Shown here one piece after another: positions 39,062-48,231 of a DNA stretch of 64,000 nucleotides. Location of the stretch: positions 1,184,001-1,248,000 of the forward strand of contig OZ250165.1 in NCBI GenBank assembly GCA_965238005.1, given 5' to 3'. Both the position numbers and the translations under genes were made by a program. The DNA comes from Longimicrobiales bacterium (GTDB taxonomy: Bacteria > Gemmatimonadota > Gemmatimonadetes > Longimicrobiales > Gaopeijiaceae). How positions within the stretch are numbered: position 1 is the stretch's first letter; each line of letters begins with the position of its first letter. The notes below the pieces were generated by a model. The model did no database searches. It saw only the letters and a list, made by a program, of their open reading frames with translations, and was not told the origin of the DNA.

Positions 39062-39733
39062 TCAAGCATTGCGGTACGAACGGTGGAATAGCCAGGCGCT
39101 GGCCAGTACGGCGACGGTGATCCAAAGGCTCCCCCAGACCACCGTATGTATGCCCGTCAGATCGCCGAGCATGGCGGCGTCGGACTGGAGCTCGGGCCGG
39201 TCCAGGATGTCGCTCTTGATGTCGAGGATGGCGTAGAGGCAGCTCGTCAGCCCGAGCGTGAGAAGGATCCCTTGATTGACGGCCGCCGACAGCTTGGCAG
39301 CCCCGATGACGAGGGCCAGGCCGAAGGCCAACCCGAACCCGAACCCGAACGTGCTTCGGACGTAAGCGAGGGTAAGGGCGATAACCAGGATGCCGACAGC
39401 TCCCGTCACCCAGCGGCTGTTGATGCGCTTGGCCTGTCCCGCGGTGACGAGGAGGCCACCCCAGGCCAGGCTGCCGAGATACTCGGCTGTTAGGGTCGCA
39501 AATGCATTCCCGCCTGGGCAGTAACAAGCACCGCCCTGATTGGGGTCGAGGACGATCCGCTCGATGGTCCCACCCGTCGCCACGGCCACGAGGGCGTGGC
39601 TGATCTCGTGGAGCAGGACTACGAAGACCTTCAACGGATACACGGCGGCGGTGTCCCACAGGAACCAGAGCGCACTGAAGTAGGCGGCAAAGCCACCGAG
39701 GAACGCGAGCTTACGCTTGGTCTGAGCCTTCAT
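39062..39733 (-). CDS. M50B-like membrane zinc metallopeptidase
   Basis: LHEISH and SDAAML motifs; multiple TM helices. Confidence 0.88.
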   Translation of the reverse strand: MKAQTKRKLAFLGGFAAYFSALWFLWDTAAVYPLKVFVVLLHEISHALVAVATGGTIERIVLDPNQGGACYCPGGNAFATLTAEYLGSLAWGGLLVTAGQAKRINSRWVTGAVGILVIALTLAYVRSTFGFGFGLAFGLALVIGAAKLSAAVNQGILLTLGLTSCLYAILDIKSDILDRPELQSDAAMLGDLTGIHTVVWGSLWITVAVLASAWLFHRSYRNA

Positions 39734-39775
39734 GTGTTCCTTCTACGGCCCCGACCCCTCCAGTGTTTCGCTCGG

Positions 39776-40781
39776 CTACGAGCCGGGTGCCAGTTCGATG
39801 GGGTAGGCGAACTCGAACAGCGACCTCAGTTCGGCTAGCTCGTTTGCGAGCGATGGCGGCGCTCTGGGCCGTCGAGCCCAGAGCCGCCCGGGCGGCCTCC
39901 TTCACCTGGGAGGGAGAGAGATCCGGCGCGAAGCCGAAGGCGGTGCTCCAGCGGAGTGCTCGATCGCCCCACTCGCGATTGATCGCAACCAGCTCCGCTT
40001 CGGGGATCGAGACGTCGAGCTCCTGGGCCTGCTCCAGGGACGCGCGCTCCCGGGCCTGGTCCAGTGATCCCAAGAGGCTCGCCACTTCCAGGACCACGGT
40101 CGGCCGGGCTTCCTCGAAGGGCACGATCTCCCTCTGCTCGAGACGGAGGACGTGGAATCCGTACTGGGTCTCGACCACGGGGCTGATCTCTCCCACCTCC
40201 CCGGCCAGAGCCGCGTTCCAGAACTCCGACACCCACGATCCCTCGCGACCGGGCTGGAGCAGGCCCTGGCGTCCTTCCGCTCCGGGCTCCTCGGAGAGCT
40301 CTGCGGCGACCTCGGGGAAGGGGTCCCCCTCTCGGAGGCGTTGGAGGGCGGCCACAGCCTTGCGTCGGGCTTCAGCGCGGTGTGATTGGGGCCGCCAGCG
40401 CTCCGAGAAGAAGAGAACGTGCCGAACGGTGAGCTCCATGGCGGGATTGGTCAGGTAGTGAGCCCTGAGCTGTTCGTCCTCGACTTTTCCGTTCTTCAGC
40501 ATGAGCTCGGCTGCGACATGCGTGAGCAGCGCCTCCTCTCTGGAGCGTTCGAGGAGGGGCGCGAGTACGACCAGCGTCTCTCCGCGGGCCGTGGACAGGC
40601 CGAAAGCGGTGAGCGTGGCGAGCTCGAGCCGACGTGCCTCGTTGAGGCCGAGAAGCTCGCTTTCAGCGAAGGCGACAGCGCCGACCGTCAGGGCGGGTGG
40701 CTCGCTGCCGCACGCGGTGACGGCTACCAGGACCAGGGCCGAGCAGGCTCGCCTATACACGCACTCCCCTCCAGGTTTCAT
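39776..40781 (-). CDS. PpiC-type peptidyl-prolyl isomerase lipoprotein, probable frameshift near the 3' end
   Basis: Lipobox VTAC; VRHVL, FPEVAAELSEEP and SPVVETQYGFHVL motifs. Removing one A near 39844 gives NELAELRSLFEFAYPIELAPGS* ending at 39776 and avoids overlap with the next gene. Confidence 0.8.
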
Positions 40782-40889
40782 GGCATGGGTGTCATCGACC
40801 TCGGCGGAGGCACTTGCCGGGGTGGTGACCCGACAGACACGTTATCGCCCACACGCGTGCTTCGAGCACTTCCCAACTGGGAGCCGATC

Positions 40890-41397
40890 GTGACGCCTTC
40901 ACTCCTCGCACCTGTTCGAGGCCCGTTCCGGGCGCTGGCCGCATCCATCGTTCCGGAGGCGGCCACCCTCGACGAAGCCGGCTGGCAAGAAGCCGAAGGC
41001 ATCGTCTCGGGGGCGCTCGCCATGCGACCCGAGGCCATGGTCCGCCAGCTGCTTCTTTTCATTCGTCTCGCCAACTGGCTGGCCCTGCTCCCGTACGGAC
41101 GGCCCTTCACTCGCTTGGGGCCTGCCGCACGCAGGGCTCACCTCACCAGGCTCGAGAATGCCCCCTTGCTCTTGATCAGGCGGGGCTTCTGGGGGCTCCG
41201 AACCCTCGTGTTCATGGGTTATTACGGCCAGGATCGTGTGCGGAAGGAGCTGGGTTACAGGGCTTCGGCGGCGGGTTGGAGCGGGCGCTCGGGGCGCGAC
41301 GGAGAGGCCGATGGGGACTCGCCACCGTTGAGCGAGCACCGCTATGACGTAGTCGTGATCGGCTCCGGGGCTGGCGGTGGAACGGTGGCTCAAAGAG
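40890..41397 (+). pseudogene. Gluconate 2-dehydrogenase subunit 3-like domain followed by a truncated GMC oxidoreductase N-terminus
   Basis: RPFTRL...LRTLVFMGYYG...ELGY, then RYDVVVIGSGAGGGTVA (FAD-binding motif), which breaks off. Confidence 0.65.
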
Positions 41398-42275
41398 CGC
41401 CTCTGGCGGGCACAGCGCTTGGAGTCTCTGGGCACCCTCCTGAGTGGGGTCGCGCACGACTTCAGCGACCTTCTCACCACGATACTTGCGAGGACGCCGT
41501 TGGTGGCGGAAGAGGAGGGGCTCTCCGGGGTGAGCCGGGCCAACCTCAGGATCGTCGAGGGAGCGGCGGCCCGAGGCTCGGCCCTCGTCAAGCAGATTCT
41601 CGAGTTCTCGACCCGCCAGAGGGCGAGCGCCACCTTGGCGCACGTCTCCACCTTGGCGCGCGGCCTGGAGCCCATTCTCGCTCGGGTTCTGGGCAAGGAC
41701 ATCCGACTGAGCGTCCGCGCCCAGGAAGACCTCTGGCTCGCCCAATGCGACCCCGGCCAAGGTGGAGCAGGTGACCTTCAACCTGATCATGAACGCCAAG
41801 GACGCCATGCCCCGGGGCGGCGAGATCACCATCGGATCCATGAACGCGGAGGTCTATTCGCCGATGGAGGTGGAGGGGGGCGTCCTACCGGCCGGGCGGT
41901 ATGTTCATCTCGTGGTGGCGGACGCGGGATCGGGGATCGCGACGGGTGACCGAGAACGATTGTTCGACCGGCATTACACTACGAAGCGGGGCCGCGGTGC
42001 GGGGTTCGGTCTCTGGACAGTACATCGAGTCGTACGGAGCTGCGGGGTAGGGATGACGGTCGAGAGCGACGAGAACGAGGGCTCGACCTTCCATGTGTAC
42101 CTCGCGTGTGAAGGAGGATCACTGGTGCCTCTCCAAGCGGCTCCTGTCGCTGACACACAGAAGCCCAAGAACGTACTCCGCATCTTGATCGTCGACGACG
42201 ATGCCTTGGTTGGTGAGGTTCTCGAGCGGTCCCTCGTGCGGGACGGGCATTCCGTGGTGGTGGCGACCTCCCTCG
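41390..42275 (+). pseudogene. Hybrid histidine kinase remnant (HisKA, HATPase, partial receiver), frameshifted
   Basis: AQRLESLGTLLSGVAHDF; shift near 41760; NLIMNAKDAMP, DAGSGI, TTK, GFGL and ILIVDDD. No sensor N-terminus. Confidence 0.75.
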
Positions 42276-42336
42276 ACGAATGGATCCCCACCCTTGAAGG
42301 ACCGAGAAGCTCCCCCGCGACGATCACCGACACTAC

Positions 42337-42843
42337 ATGCATCACGTGGCGGTGAGACCCCCCAAGGCCACATTGGAGACCATGGCCCGGAACGGGATCA
42401 TGGTGGCGAGCCAGCCGAGCTTCACCGTCGGCTTGGGCGCGTTCGCCGTGGAGGCGCTCACCGCCGAGCGGGAGGCGACCCAGAACCCGACCCGCTCACT
42501 CCAGGAGGCCGGGATCACCGTGTCGCGCGGTGCCGAGGGCGCGCCCTACGGACCCCTACTCACGATGTGGTCGGCGGTGACCAGGAAGGGGTGGGAGGGC
42601 AAGGTCTACGGACCCGAAGAGGCGGTGACGGTGGAGGAGGCGATTCGCCTCCACACGGTAGCTCCGGCGTACCTCACCTTCGACGAAGACACGAAGGGGT
42701 CCATCGAGGCCGGCATGCTCGCCGACTTCGTGGTCTTGAGCGAGGATATCCTGGTGGTGGACCCCGAGCGGATCCGTGAGATCGAGGTCGAGCAGACCTT
42801 CAACGGCGGAAACGAAGTGTACAACGCCGCGGCCCAGAGGTGA
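42337..42843 (+). pseudogene. C-terminal remnant of a third YtcJ-like amidohydrolase
   Basis: EAVTVEEAIRLHT, KGSIEAGMLADFVVLSED; the N-terminal part, including the HxH metal motif, is absent. Confidence 0.75.
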
Positions 42844-42844
42844 C

Positions 42845-43324
42845 GTGACCGAGGCTGGAGACGAGGTGGCCGGGGCGGCAAGTGGGGTGACCGGGCCCCA
42901 GCGCTCCGATCGCGGCCTGCTGATCTCCCACCTCCACGACCAGTTCTGGTCGGACGACTACTACCGGGCCGTCGGGCACGTGCGTCGGTGGGTGAAGGAG
43001 CGGGGAGAGGACTGGGCAACCGAGCTGTTCGCCACCCTGGACGCGATGGAAGATCGCCCTGCAAAGGAGCAGCGGGTCGTCCGGCAGACCAACGCCGCCC
43101 GCCGGCTCATCAAGTCGTACTTCCGAAAGACCCAGCAGCTCCGTGCCCACGGGTTCCTGGAGGCCGAGGACCTCCGCGAGCACCTGACCATGCCGCAGCG
43201 ACTCAGGATCCTCTTCCAGATCATCGAGCCCTTCGAGCAGGCCCGCGATCCGGAGTACAACCGCGAGATGTTCGACTTCTACGACCAGCTACACGCCAGG
43301 GAGCTCGAGCGACCGGCGCGGTAG
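42845..43324 (+). CDS. Hypothetical protein
   Basis: Strong GC3 codon bias and globular composition; no motif recognised. Confidence 0.6.
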   Translation: MTEAGDEVAGAASGVTGPQRSDRGLLISHLHDQFWSDDYYRAVGHVRRWVKERGEDWATELFATLDAMEDRPAKEQRVVRQTNAARRLIKSYFRKTQQLRAHGFLEAEDLREHLTMPQRLRILFQIIEPFEQARDPEYNREMFDFYDQLHARELERPAR

Positions 43325-43394
43325 AGCCAGGCTAGCAGTCCCTCCACGGGGGCGGGCTCGGTGCGTCGTTCTTGGTTACCGCCGCCCGAGAGGC

Positions 43395-43550
43395 CTACCT
43401 GCCTACCCCCAGCACCTCCTTCGGCATGTGCATGCTCACCAGATAGTGCGGCATGTCCACCACCTCCGAGATCTTGAGGTCGCCGGCCAGGGAAGCCAGC
43501 ACGTAGGCATCGGCCCGGTCCATCCCGTGGTCGGCCACCAGGTAGTCTTC
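43395..43550 (-). pseudogene. Acetamidase/formamidase C-terminal remnant
   Basis: DYLVADHGMDRADAYVLASLAGDLKISEVVDMPHYLVSMHMPK. Confidence 0.7.
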
Positions 43551-44007
43551 TGGGCCGCTCCACCCGAGCCCGAGGAAGGAGAGGTCGGGGAAGGGAACTA
43601 GGCAGCCGAGGTGGCACCGGAAACCCGCCTCCCTCGGTACCGATGGCGAAGGAACGCGCGAATCCCTCATCCACGTGCACCACGGAGGCGCCGGAGGAGG
43701 CGGAGGAGGCCGGTGAGCCCCCTACGGAAATCGGGGGGCGCTGAGATCCCGTCCCCTTCATGCCTCTGGCGCTGGACCGCCTGGCCCGGCTCTACGAGTA
43801 GACCTGCGACCGAGCGGAGGCACTTGCGGGAGGCTGGTCGGTCCGCCTCATAGCCGGTCGCCGACCGTGGCCGACTGCCCCCTCCCTGATGCAGACGTCG
43901 ACCCGCTGATCGCGGCTTGGGCGCAATAGACTGGCAAACCCGCCCTCCATCCCCTAGTTATCCATTCTCGATACACCGCCTGCCGCCGCCTGCAGAGGAG
44001 ATGTACC

Positions 44008-45150
44008 ATGGATCGCAGAGGATTCCTGAGGGCCAGCACGCTGGCTTCGGTTGCAACCGCTGCGGGAACCCCCGCCGCCGCCCAGACCAACCGCCTGGCC
44101 GCGTTCCTTTCGTCCCGGCCCCACCTGGCTCCGGACGGCTCGCTTCGCCTGAACGCGAACGAGAACCCCATGGGCCTGTCCAAGGCGGCTCGCGAGGCGG
44201 TCATCCAGGCCATCTCGTTGGCCAATCGCTACCCGGACAATTGGGAGCAGGATCTCTTCCCGGCCATTGCGGCCAAGGTGGGAGTGCGGGCCGAGAACGT
44301 GTTCACGGGAGCCGGCTCCAGCGAGATCCTCCAGGCCAGCATCCAGGCCCTGGCGTCTCCGAACATGCCTCTGATCATGGCGGCGCCGACGTTCGAGGAC
44401 GCCGTCGACTATTCGGAGAACCACCCGTATCAGCTCATCAAGGTGCCCCTCGACTTCCGCTACGCCCACGACCTGGGACGCATGCGGGAGGAGACGGAGC
44501 GGGCCCGCCGGCCTTCGGTCGTCTACATCTGCAACCCGAACAACCCGACCGCGACGCTTACGCCCAGCTCTGAGGTCGATGCGTGGATCCAGGACGCGCC
44601 CGAGTCCGTCTTCTTCATCATCGACGAGGCCTACTACGAGCTGGTGGGGGAGCCCGGGTACTGGTCTGCCACCAAGTGGATCGACGAGCGGCCCAACGTG
44701 CTCGTGACCCGAACCTTCTCGAAGATCTACGGGATGGCGGGCCTCCGCCTCGGGTACGGCCTCGCCCACCCCGACACCGTACAGCGGATCAAGGCGTTCG
44801 TTGCCCAGAACAGCCGGAACATGATGGGCATCCAGGCGGGTCTTGCGAGCCTCGAGGACGAAGGCCACCTCGAGCGGACCCTCGCGATGAACAACCGGTC
44901 CCGCCAGATCACCCAGGGAGCGTTGGACGAGCTGGGGCTGGGGTACCTGCCTAGCCACACGAACTTCCTCATGCATGAGATCGGCGGTGATCTGGAGACC
45001 TACATCGAGCGGTTCTAGATGGAGGGCATCAATGTCGGCCGGATTTTTCCGCCCATGCTGGACTACAACCGAATCTCCTTCGGCCTGCCCGAGGACATGG
45101 AGCGCTGGGCCGACACGCTTCGGTCGTTCCGGTCGAGAGGCTGGGTCTAG
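44008..45150 (+). pseudogene. Tat-exported HisC-like class I/II aminotransferase interrupted by an in-frame TAG at 45016-45018
   Basis: MDRRGFL Tat motif; NENPMG, CNPNNPT, DEAY and RTFSKIYGMAGLRLGY. The frame continues 43 codons past the TAG (...NRISFGLPEDM...GWV*). Confidence 0.8.
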
Positions 45151-45168
45151 AGAGAGAGAGAGAGAGAG
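45149..45168. repeat. (AG)10 microsatellite
   Basis: Ten AG units beginning in the terminal TAG, followed by AAAGAGAAG. Confidence 0.9.
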
Positions 45169-45257
45169 AAAGAGAAGTCACCCTCGGGGAGGTCCACCTC
45201 GATGAGCATGGACGCGCCCCCGGGGGGCTGAGCGTGGAGCCGTATTTTAATGAACCC

Positions 45258-47144
45258 TCATGGAACGATGATGATCGGCCGTGGCACGGCCATGGGCTCG
45301 CGTCCGGCGAGCTCGATCTCCACCGTGAGGACATACTCCCCGGGCTCCAGGTCTGGCAAGTTCAGCTGGACCGCGCGGAAGACCGTGCCGAGCACGTCGG
45401 GGCCCGCGTCCTCGAACGCCATGACAACCGGAGCGTCGGGCTCCAGGACGCGCAGGAACTGGCCCAACGCTCGTAGGAATCCCTCTCCGCCCTGGTCCAC
45501 GCCGATGCGCACGGTGGCGGACTCGCCGATGCGGAGCCCGTACAGCTCCCATGCTACCTTGAACGCCTCACCGGAGCGGATGCGGATGGCCGGCATGGCC
45601 GTGGGGAGGGCCTCGTCCAGCGACTCGGGGAGGTCACCGCCGCCCTTCAGGATCAGCAAGTCCGAGACAGCCGCCAGGCCCGGTACGATGTCGGCCTGCC
45701 AGAGCCCGTGGCGGTCCCGCCACGCTTTTTTGGCGTCGGCACTGAACGCCTCCACGCCGAGGATGTAGCGACCGTTGTCGACCTGGAGCTGGAACACGCC
45801 CTCGGGGCCCTCACCCAGGACCTCGTGGCGCTCGCCGGTCTCGGTGTCGATGAGGAAGAGGCCCGACTGGACGGGTCCTTCCGCCTCAGCCTCCTCGGGC
45901 ATGAACGGCTGTGGCTCCTCCACCCGCCGTCCGAAGGGATTCAGCCTGGCCTGCCGATCGCCCCGCGTCTCGGCACGTCGGTCCCCCATGTTCACGCCCC
46001 GCGGATTCCGGGTTGTCCGCCGGCTGTCGACCTCGGGTTTGTTCTCCACCTCGGGCGCGAAGGCCCCTACCACCAGGAGCGAGTCCCCCCGGCGGAAGCG
46101 TGCCACCTGGGTCTCGAGTGGATCGAGGTCCGGCGCGTACGGAGGAACGTACCCGGTCCACGGGCGGATCTTTCCGACCGTCCAATCCCCCGCCGCCACT
46201 TCTGCCGGATCCTCCAGGCCTTCCTTTGGGGGAAGGAACTCTTGGCTCTTGGGATGATGCCGGCCCACGATCCTACGCGTGTCCTGAAGGCCTTGTCCCA
46301 CGAGGCTTCGTACGCGCTCCCACGCCTTCTCGGCCCCGTAGCGGAGGGTGAGCTGCTCGATGTCGTCCCCCCACGCCACCCCGTAGGCATTCTCCGCCTC
46401 TCCTCGCATGCGGATGAGGACCTGCCGGGCGTACTGCTCGGTCTTGCGATCGTTGCCTTCGACCATGTAGAGGGGGTCGGAGAGGAGCCAGAGCCGATCA
46501 TCGATGGCGTCCCTGTCGCCGGACGCCTCGTAGACCTCCATGGCCCCGGGGTCCAGGAGGTAGGTGGGTGTGCGGAAGCGCACCGCTTCCTCAGGGGGCA
46601 TCTGCTCGAGGGCGCGCTCGAAGATCTCGGCCGCGAAGACCCAGTCACCCTGGGCGTGCGTCACGTACCCGAAGAGCGCTGTGCACCACCACTGCTCGCC
46701 GCTGCAGCGCCGGATCAGGGCTTCGGCCTGCCGCCAGCTGCCCACCTCACCCATGTAGTAGACACGCTGGCCCAGGACCCACGAGTCACCTGGGATCCCC
46801 TGCCCGACTTCGGCGAGCTCATCCAGGACCCGTATCCGGGCCATTCCGAACTCCACCGGCTCTTCCGGAACCTGCCACTCGTCCTCGTCCTCACCGTTCC
46901 CGAAGCGGAGGCAGAAGCGGCCGATGAGGTCGTCGCAGCCACCTCCGTATCCGGCCAGCTCGGGGGGGATCCGCTGCTCCCGGAATCGCTCGAAGCGGGC
47001 CTGGGCCTCCTTGGCCTTAGCCAGGAGCTCGAGGGAATCCGGATTCGCATCTTGGCCGGACAAGCCGGACGGGGTCGCGGGAACGAGTCCCACCAGTACG
47101 GCGGACAGGACCAGTGCCCCGGGTGGGGTGGCGAAGCGTAGCAC
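45258..47144 (-). CDS. Exported protein with a divergent GWxTD-like domain and C-terminal beta-sandwich
   Basis: AGGAGA RBS with GTG start; signal peptide; Cys pairs; LW..SDP......ND...E.YAR...WGDD.....LRYG; SDLLIL...WELYGL...LEPGEYVLTVEI. Confidence 0.65.
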   Translation of the reverse strand: MLRFATPPGALVLSAVLVGLVPATPSGLSGQDANPDSLELLAKAKEAQARFERFREQRIPPELAGYGGGCDDLIGRFCLRFGNGEDEDEWQVPEEPVEFGMARIRVLDELAEVGQGIPGDSWVLGQRVYYMGEVGSWRQAEALIRRCSGEQWWCTALFGYVTHAQGDWVFAAEIFERALEQMPPEEAVRFRTPTYLLDPGAMEVYEASGDRDAIDDRLWLLSDPLYMVEGNDRKTEQYARQVLIRMRGEAENAYGVAWGDDIEQLTLRYGAEKAWERVRSLVGQGLQDTRRIVGRHHPKSQEFLPPKEGLEDPAEVAAGDWTVGKIRPWTGYVPPYAPDLDPLETQVARFRRGDSLLVVGAFAPEVENKPEVDSRRTTRNPRGVNMGDRRAETRGDRQARLNPFGRRVEEPQPFMPEEAEAEGPVQSGLFLIDTETGERHEVLGEGPEGVFQLQVDNGRYILGVEAFSADAKKAWRDRHGLWQADIVPGLAAVSDLLILKGGGDLPESLDEALPTAMPAIRIRSGEAFKVAWELYGLRIGESATVRIGVDQGGEGFLRALGQFLRVLEPDAPVVMAFEDAGPDVLGTVFRAVQLNLPDLEPGEYVLTVEIELAGREPMAVPRPIIIVP

Positions 47145-47307
47145 GGACGTTCTCCTGATAGTGACGGGTTCCCAAGCATCGTTGGCGGCCTGCCCGGGGG
47201 TGTATCCCCCGCCTCCTAGAGACACCCGAGCAAGCGGGTCCGTTAAGGGATCATACGCCCGGGGGCACACTCGGAATACACGGACCCGCCGGAGCAGATC
47301 CCGCGGA

Positions 47308-48231
47308 TCAGCGGCCCCCGCCCTCCTCCGGTAGAAGCTTCTCCAGATCGGGGACGATTCGCTCGACTCGCCAGCTCGGAATCTCGAACACGACCTCGTT
47401 GCCCGGGACCCGGGCGTGGCGTGTGCTTTCTTCTCCGGTGAGGAGCACCGTGCTCAAGGTATCGCCGGCCGCGTTCAGGGCGGTCACCCGCATCGGACTC
47501 TCCTCCGCGGCCGCACCGTCCTCGAGGAAGCCGGTAGCCACCAGGAGGTTGAGCTCCCGCATGAGGTTGCCCACGGCGATGGCGGCGGCGACCTCCCCGT
47601 TCACCATCCACACGCTGTCGGGGCGCTCCAGGGTGTGGGAGCCTCCTTCCGCCGCGATGACAACGCGGGCTACGGCAGCCGTGTCCGTGCGCAAGACCGT
47701 CTTGTCTCGCCAGGCCACGAGCCCTCGGGCCACGGCCGACCTGAGGTCACCAGAGACCACCACGACGGCGTCCTGGTCCGGGAGGCGCGCATACGTGCTG
47801 GGGTACGTGGGCCCGTTCTTTCCGATGAGCACGGATGAAGTCCCACCGCCGGCTCGCGTCAACTCCACCGTCCAGGCGCTGTCCAGCGACACCCCCATGC
47901 GCTCGTGGTTGGCCGGGTTCGTCGCCACCACGCCTCCCACCTCCGAGCCCTCGAGGGCGTCCCAGAGCCGGTCGATGGCGGAAGAGTCCGCCGGGTAGCC
48001 GTTGACGGTCCACGAGCCGGCGCTCCGCTCCAGGGTCAGCGTCGCAAGGGGGCCGTCGATGTGCACGGACTCCACGTTGGTGCCGTCCAGCCCCTCCAGT
48101 GTCGCCGCCACGCCGTCGTCCGCCTGGGAGGTGCCCCCGCCGCCCCGGCCGGAAAACAGGGACGAGATGCCCCAGAGCGCCACCAGCGCTCCGAGGGTGA
48201 CCAGGATCCTCTTCAGGGTTTGCTCACTCAT
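47308..48231 (-). CDS. DUF4340 domain protein
   Basis: N-terminal TM helix; repeated W.VNG..A.....L, IGK.GP and WRDK motifs; TGATG coupling to the upstream gene. Confidence 0.8.
   Translation of the reverse strand: MSEQTLKRILVTLGALVALWGISSLFSGRGGGGTSQADDGVAATLEGLDGTNVESVHIDGPLATLTLERSAGSWTVNGYPADSSAIDRLWDALEGSEVGGVVATNPANHERMGVSLDSAWTVELTRAGGGTSSVLIGKNGPTYPSTYARLPDQDAVVVVSGDLRSAVARGLVAWRDKTVLRTDTAAVARVVIAAEGGSHTLERPDSVWMVNGEVAAAIAVGNLMRELNLLVATGFLEDGAAAEESPMRVTALNAAGDTLSTVLLTGEESTRHARVPGNEVVFEIPSWRVERIVPDLEKLLPEEGGGR

Noticed and set aside
45016..45018. Genome-wide TAG recoding (pyrrolysine or alternative code)
   Set aside because: Intact genes such as pheA, menB, tyrS and purE end at TAG at their expected C-termini.
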